A stretch of DNA of 64,000 nucleotides from an uncultured Trueperaceae bacterium (GTDB taxonomy: Bacteria; Deinococcota; Deinococci; Deinococcales; Trueperaceae), in NCBI GenBank assembly GCA_963727505.1, contig CAVSGP010000006.1, positions 64,001 through 128,000 of the forward strand. Reading direction: 5' to 3'. Numbering within the stretch: position 1 is the stretch's first letter; each line of letters begins with the position of its first letter. Shown here piece after piece: positions 60,211 through 64,000 of the stretch. A program made the translations under genes and the position numbers. The notes beneath the pieces were generated by a model. That model was not told the DNA's origin and searched no databases. It saw only the letters and a program-made list of their open reading frames with translations.

Positions 60211-60936
60211 TCAGCCCTCCCCACCGGCGGTGGCCTCGACCCTGGCCCGCCCGGCCGCGCGCGTGGCGTCAACGCGCGTGCCGTCACCGCCCGCGGCACG
60301 GTCATCGACGGCGCCGTCGTCGGCGAACGCCAGCAGGCGTTCGACGTGGCGCGCCAGCACGTCGGCCTCCAGGTTGACGCGGCTGCCCGGCTCGAGCTCG
60401 CCCAGCGTGGTCACCTCCAGCGTGTGCGGGATCAGCCACAGCGTGAAATCGGTCGCCGCCAGCGCCCCGTCGCTGCCGGCGGGCCCGCCCACGTCGACGA
60501 CCGTCAGGCTCACCCCGTCCACCGTGATCGAGCCCTTGGGGATGAGGTAGCGCGCCAGTCGCTCCGGCGCTCGCACGCTCAGCACGAACGCACCCGGCTC
60601 GCTGCGCTTGGCCAGCACCTCGCCCATGCCCTCCACGTGCCCGCTCACCACGTGCCCGCCGAAACGACCGTCGGACCTCAGGGCGCGTTCCAGGTTGACG
60701 CGGCTTCCCGGCGTCCAGCGGGGCGCCGTCCTGGCGACGCTCTCTTTGGAGAGCTCCACCTCGAAAACCCCGTCCTCGACGCGGATCGCGGTGAGGCAGC
60801 AACCGGACACCGCGATCGAGTCGCCGATGCGAAGGTCCTCCAGGACCCGGTCCGCTTCGATGCCGACGCGCAGGTCGCCGCCGCCGTCGACGGCGGCGCG
60901 CACCACGCCTACTTCTTCGATGATGCCCGTGAACAT
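60211..60936 (-). CDS. ribE: Riboflavin synthase (alpha chain)
   Basis: [50 protein letters not shown]. Confidence 0.95.
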   Translation of the reverse strand: MFTGIIEEVGVVRAAVDGGGDLRVGIEADRVLEDLRIGDSIAVSGCCLTAIRVEDGVFEVELSKESVARTAPRWTPGSRVNLERALRSDGRFGGHVVSGHVEGMGEVLAKRSEPGAFVLSVRAPERLARYLIPKGSITVDGVSLTVVDVGGPAGSDGALAATDFTLWLIPHTLEVTTLGELEPGSRVNLEADVLARHVERLLAFADDGAVDDRAAGGDGTRVDATRAAGRARVEATAGGEG

Positions 60937-60937
60937 C

Positions 60938-62140
60938 TCAGGCCTCCTTCGTTCCATCGGTGTCGACCGCCGCGGGCTGCGGGTAGCGCACCCGGCCGGT
61001 CACCAGCAGGTCGCCGTCGAGCGTCTCGGTGGCGACATCGGACAACGTCAGGGCGTCCTCCATGCGGGCGACGCCGATGCCGCCGAGGGGGCTGGCGCCG
61101 GCTCCGCCGAGCAGCTTGGGGCCGATGAACCAGGCCACACGGTCGACGGCCTGCGCCTCGAAGAACGCCCAGGCCAGCGTGCCTCCGCCTTCAAGAAGCA
61201 GGCTGGTCACGCCGAGCTCGAGGAGCGCGGGCAGGGCGGCGCGCACGTCGGTGCGCCCCTGCGTTTCGTCGGTAGCGATGATGTCGGCGCCCCGCTCGCG
61301 CAGCGCCGATAGGCGCTCCGGCGACGCCTTGCGGGTGACGAACAGCACCACCCGGGCCGGCACGCCGGCAGCGTCCGGCTCGAACAGCCGCGCCGTCACC
61401 GGCGTGCGCGCCACCGAGTCGAACACCACCTTGACCGGGGTCCGCCCCCCGTCGACGCGGCTGGTGAGCAGCGGGTCGTCGAGCAGCACGGTGTTGATGC
61501 CGACCGCCACGCCGTCGAGCTCGCTCCGCCAGCGCTGTACGCGCTGGCGCGCGGCCTCCCCCGTGATCCAGCGGGAGCGCCCGGTCCGCGTGGCGATCTT
61601 GCCGTCGAGCGTCATGGCCGTCTTGTAGAGCACGAAGGGCCGGCGCTCGAGCTGCGCGACGCGGAACACCTCGTTCTGAGCCTCGGCCCGCTCCCGGCCG
61701 ATCCCTACCTCGACCTCCAACCCCGCCTCCCGCAGCCGGCGCACGCCGGCGCCGTCCGTGACGGGGTTCGGATCGAGCGCCGCGACCACCACGCGCCGCA
61801 CGCCGGCGTGGATCAGGGCCTCGGTGCAGGGTGGGGTGCGGCCGGTGTGGTTGCAGGGCTCGAGGGTGACGAAGGCCGTCGCACCGCGGGCGCGCTCGCC
61901 CGCCGCCGTCAGCGCCTCCACCTCGGCGTGCGGCTCGCCGGCACGGCGGTGCCAGCCCTCGCCCACGACCTCGCCCTCCCGGACCAGCACGCAGCCCACC
62001 AGGGGGTTGGGCGACACACGCCCGCGTCCGCGCTCGGCCAGGGCCAGCGCGCGCCGCATATGGCGTGCATCCTCCGCCGCCTCCGGCGGGACGGCAGAGC
62101 CCGCCCGCCTCTCGTCGATGTCGTATTCGCTTCCAACCAT
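60938..62140 (-). CDS. ribD: Bifunctional riboflavin deaminase/reductase
   Basis: PNPLVGCV, HAE, TLEPCNH.GRTPPC, TLDGKIA..S.WIT, DDP.LT, LEGG; start codon uncertain. Confidence 0.94.
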   Translation of the reverse strand: MVGSEYDIDERRAGSAVPPEAAEDARHMRRALALAERGRGRVSPNPLVGCVLVREGEVVGEGWHRRAGEPHAEVEALTAAGERARGATAFVTLEPCNHTGRTPPCTEALIHAGVRRVVVAALDPNPVTDGAGVRRLREAGLEVEVGIGRERAEAQNEVFRVAQLERRPFVLYKTAMTLDGKIATRTGRSRWITGEAARQRVQRWRSELDGVAVGINTVLLDDPLLTSRVDGGRTPVKVVFDSVARTPVTARLFEPDAAGVPARVVLFVTRKASPERLSALRERGADIIATDETQGRTDVRAALPALLELGVTSLLLEGGGTLAWAFFEAQAVDRVAWFIGPKLLGGAGASPLGGIGVARMEDALTLSDVATETLDGDLLVTGRVRYPQPAAVDTDGTKEA

Positions 62141-62177
62141 CCGAGCCCGCGCCCGGCAATCGCCGCGGCGCAGCTCA

Positions 62178-62333
62178 CCTCCTTCTCTCATCCGGACTTT
62201 CACCGTCGGTACCGGAGTCGCACCGGTTCGGGCCCGCCATTCGGCGAAGGCTTCGCGGACTCGGCCGGGCGCAGCGTGGCTGCGCACCGTCCTCACCGCC
62301 GGTCGGGAATTGCACCCTGCCCCGAAGGATGTC
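62178..62333 (-). ncRNA. FMN riboswitch (RFN element)
   Basis: Minus strand reads atccttcggggcagggtgcaattcccgaccggcggtga...agtccgcga...ccggtgcgactccggtaccgacggtgaaagtccggatgagagaagga; directly upstream of ribD; TACAAT box at about 62383-62388. Confidence 0.95.
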
Positions 62334-62455
62334 GAGTTGTGGAGGCCGCCGCGAACCCCTGGGGGTCGCCGGCCTCGACGTCATTGTAGGCGAGGGACGC
62401 CCGCCGGGTGTAGTGGGAACGTCCCGGCCCGCGTCCTGCGCCCAGAATCGGGGCC

Positions 62456-62620
62456 ATGACGGAGGCCGCTTCCGAAGCCCGGCCCTCCGCGCCCGTGGAG
62501 GTCGTCACCTGCTTCTTGCGTTACCGCGGCGACGTGCTGCTGGTGCGTCGCAGCGGGAGGGTCGGCACCTATCGCGGGAGTCGCGCGGCCGAGCGGCCTG
62601 GTAGCATCGCTCCACGATGA
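62456..62620 (+). pseudogene. Truncated NUDIX hydrolase N-terminus (54 codons)
   Basis: Translates as MTEAASEARPSAPVEVVTCFLRYRGDVLLVRRSGRVGTYRG then unrelated sequence; ends before any Nudix box; too short to be in the ORF track. Confidence 0.6.
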
Positions 62621-63897
62621 GCTCCAAGATGACCAACCCCGAAGCTCCGGCACCCTCCGACGACGCGGCCTTCGAGGCGCGCCTGAACACCTACGCCGAC
62701 CTGCTCGTGAAGGTGGGCGTGAATCTGCAACCCGGTCAGGGCCTGATGCTGCGGGCGCAGACCGAGGCGGCCCCGCTGGTACGGAAGGTCGTCGAGACGG
62801 CCTACCGGTTGGGCGCGCCTCTGGTCGACGTGTCCTGGTCCGACGACGCGGTGACACGCGCGCGCTTCCTGCACGCCCCCGACGACAGCTTCGAGCGCGT
62901 GCCGACGTGGCGCGCCGACGGCTACCTGGCGATGGCGCAGCAGGGTTTCGCCTCCCTCGCCATCCTCAGCGACGACCCGGACCTGCTGGCCGGCACCGAG
63001 CCGGAGCGCTGGGCCACCTACGCCCGCGCCTGGCAGCGTGCCAACCGCGCCTATCAGCAGATCGCGATGAACGACGGCATCGCCTGGAGCGTGGCCGCCT
63101 ATGGCGGGCTGGCCTGGGCCCGCAAGGCCTTCCCCGGGGTCGAGGACGTACAGGCTGTCGAGAGCCTGTGGGACGCGATCTTCGCCGCCAGCCGGGTGAC
63201 AGAGCCGGACCCGGTGGCGGCGTGGGAGCAGCACAACGGCCGGATCAAGGGCTGGGGCGAGCGGTTGAACGGTCGCCGCTACGCGGCCGTGCGCTTCCGC
63301 GGCCCCGGCACCGACCTGCGCGTCGGTCTCGCGGACGGCCACACCTGGGAGGGTGGGAGCGCCGTCACTCCCGGCGGCACGCGCTTCACGCCCAACATGC
63401 CCACCGAGGAGATCTTCACAGCACCCCACCGCGAGCGCGTCGACGGCGTCGTCAAGGCCAGCATGCCGCTGGCCAACGGCGGCTCGGTCATCGACGACTT
63501 CACGCTGCGCTTCGAGAAGGGCGCGGTCGTGGAGGCGCATGCCGGCACCGGTCAGGCGGCGCTGGACCGCATCCTCGACACCGACGAGGGTGCTCGGCGG
63601 CTGGGCGAGGTCGCGCTGGTACCGGCCTCCAGCCCCATCGCGCGCACCGGGGTGCTGTTCTTCGAGACCCTGTTCGACGAGAACGCCGCCAGCCACATCG
63701 CGCTGGGCCGCGCCTACCCGACGACCGTCGAGGGGGGCGCCGCGATGAGCGAGGAGCAAGCACGCGGCGCGGGCCTCAACGACTCGCTCGCCCACGTCGA
63801 CTTCATGATCGGCTCGGCCGAGATGGACGTCGATGGCGAGACCGCCGACGGCCGGCTCGAGCCCGTCATGCGCGCCGGGGAGTGGGTGGACGGATAG
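62617..63897 (+). CDS. M29 family aminopeptidase (AmpS / aminopeptidase T type)
   Basis: YADLLVKVGVNLQPGQ, PNMPTEEIFTAP, LGEVALV, TLFDENAASHIALG.AY, S..HVDFMIG. Confidence 0.93.
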   Translation: MSSKMTNPEAPAPSDDAAFEARLNTYADLLVKVGVNLQPGQGLMLRAQTEAAPLVRKVVETAYRLGAPLVDVSWSDDAVTRARFLHAPDDSFERVPTWRADGYLAMAQQGFASLAILSDDPDLLAGTEPERWATYARAWQRANRAYQQIAMNDGIAWSVAAYGGLAWARKAFPGVEDVQAVESLWDAIFAASRVTEPDPVAAWEQHNGRIKGWGERLNGRRYAAVRFRGPGTDLRVGLADGHTWEGGSAVTPGGTRFTPNMPTEEIFTAPHRERVDGVVKASMPLANGGSVIDDFTLRFEKGAVVEAHAGTGQAALDRILDTDEGARRLGEVALVPASSPIARTGVLFFETLFDENAASHIALGRAYPTTVEGGAAMSEEQARGAGLNDSLAHVDFMIGSAEMDVDGETADGRLEPVMRAGEWVDG

Positions 63898-63920
63898 CCG
63901 GCGTCTCCGACCCCCACCGC

Positions 63921-64000
63921 GTGCCGGCGCCCGACCTCGAGGCGGCGCGGCGCGTGCTGCGCGAGCGCTTCGGCTTCGACGCCTTCCGCGGTGCCCAGGA
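63921..64000 (+). CDS. recQ: Probable start of an ATP-dependent DNA helicase RecQ (runs off the window)
   Basis: Translates as ..AARRVLRERFGFDAFRGAQ, resembling RecQ motif 0 (LxxxFGxxxFRxxQ). Confidence 0.65.
   Translation, partial: MPAPDLEAARRVLRERFGFDAFRGAQ

Overview
A very GC-rich (by eye about 70%) bacterial chromosomal segment of mostly housekeeping and catabolic genes. It is most consistent with Deinococcota (Truepera/Thermus-like), based on Thermus-type hpa gene order, a DUF3208-like gene and many apparently leaderless genes with a TAnnnT box 5-9 nt before the start codon. In order it holds: a partial M20 peptidase; a 4-hydroxyphenylacetate/homoprotocatechuate operon (hpaI-G-E-B-D) with a LIV-type ABC importer; a divergent nfo/nucS DNA-repair pair; MarR-MFS; a KhtT/KhtU-like antiporter; an OYE; a REC-HD-GYP protein; a GalT-like gene, ftsB and an acyl-CoA carboxylase beta subunit; a ROK-regulated sugar ABC/oxidoreductase operon; mscS; comM; degV; asd; proB; hisZG; corA; a peptide ABC plus amidohydrolase and a GH65/beta-PGM fusion; a radical SAM protein; an M24 peptidase; fadIJ; a PIN-like orphan; an FMN-riboswitch-controlled ribD-ribE-ribBA operon lacking ribH; a truncated NUDIX remnant; an M29 aminopeptidase; and the start of recQ. 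I saw no rRNA, tRNA, CRISPR, transposase or phage genes. The most notable unexplained signals are the mirror-symmetric nfo/nucS promoter (NucS also carries a beta-clamp-like QPSLF tail), a His-codon tandem repeat at the hisZ/hisG junction, mini-ORFs bridging operon genes, a GalT homologue that appears to have lost its Zn site, and widespread micro-tandem duplications at gene ends. All product calls come from motif recognition, not database searches. I cannot establish a wholly new system from the sequence alone.
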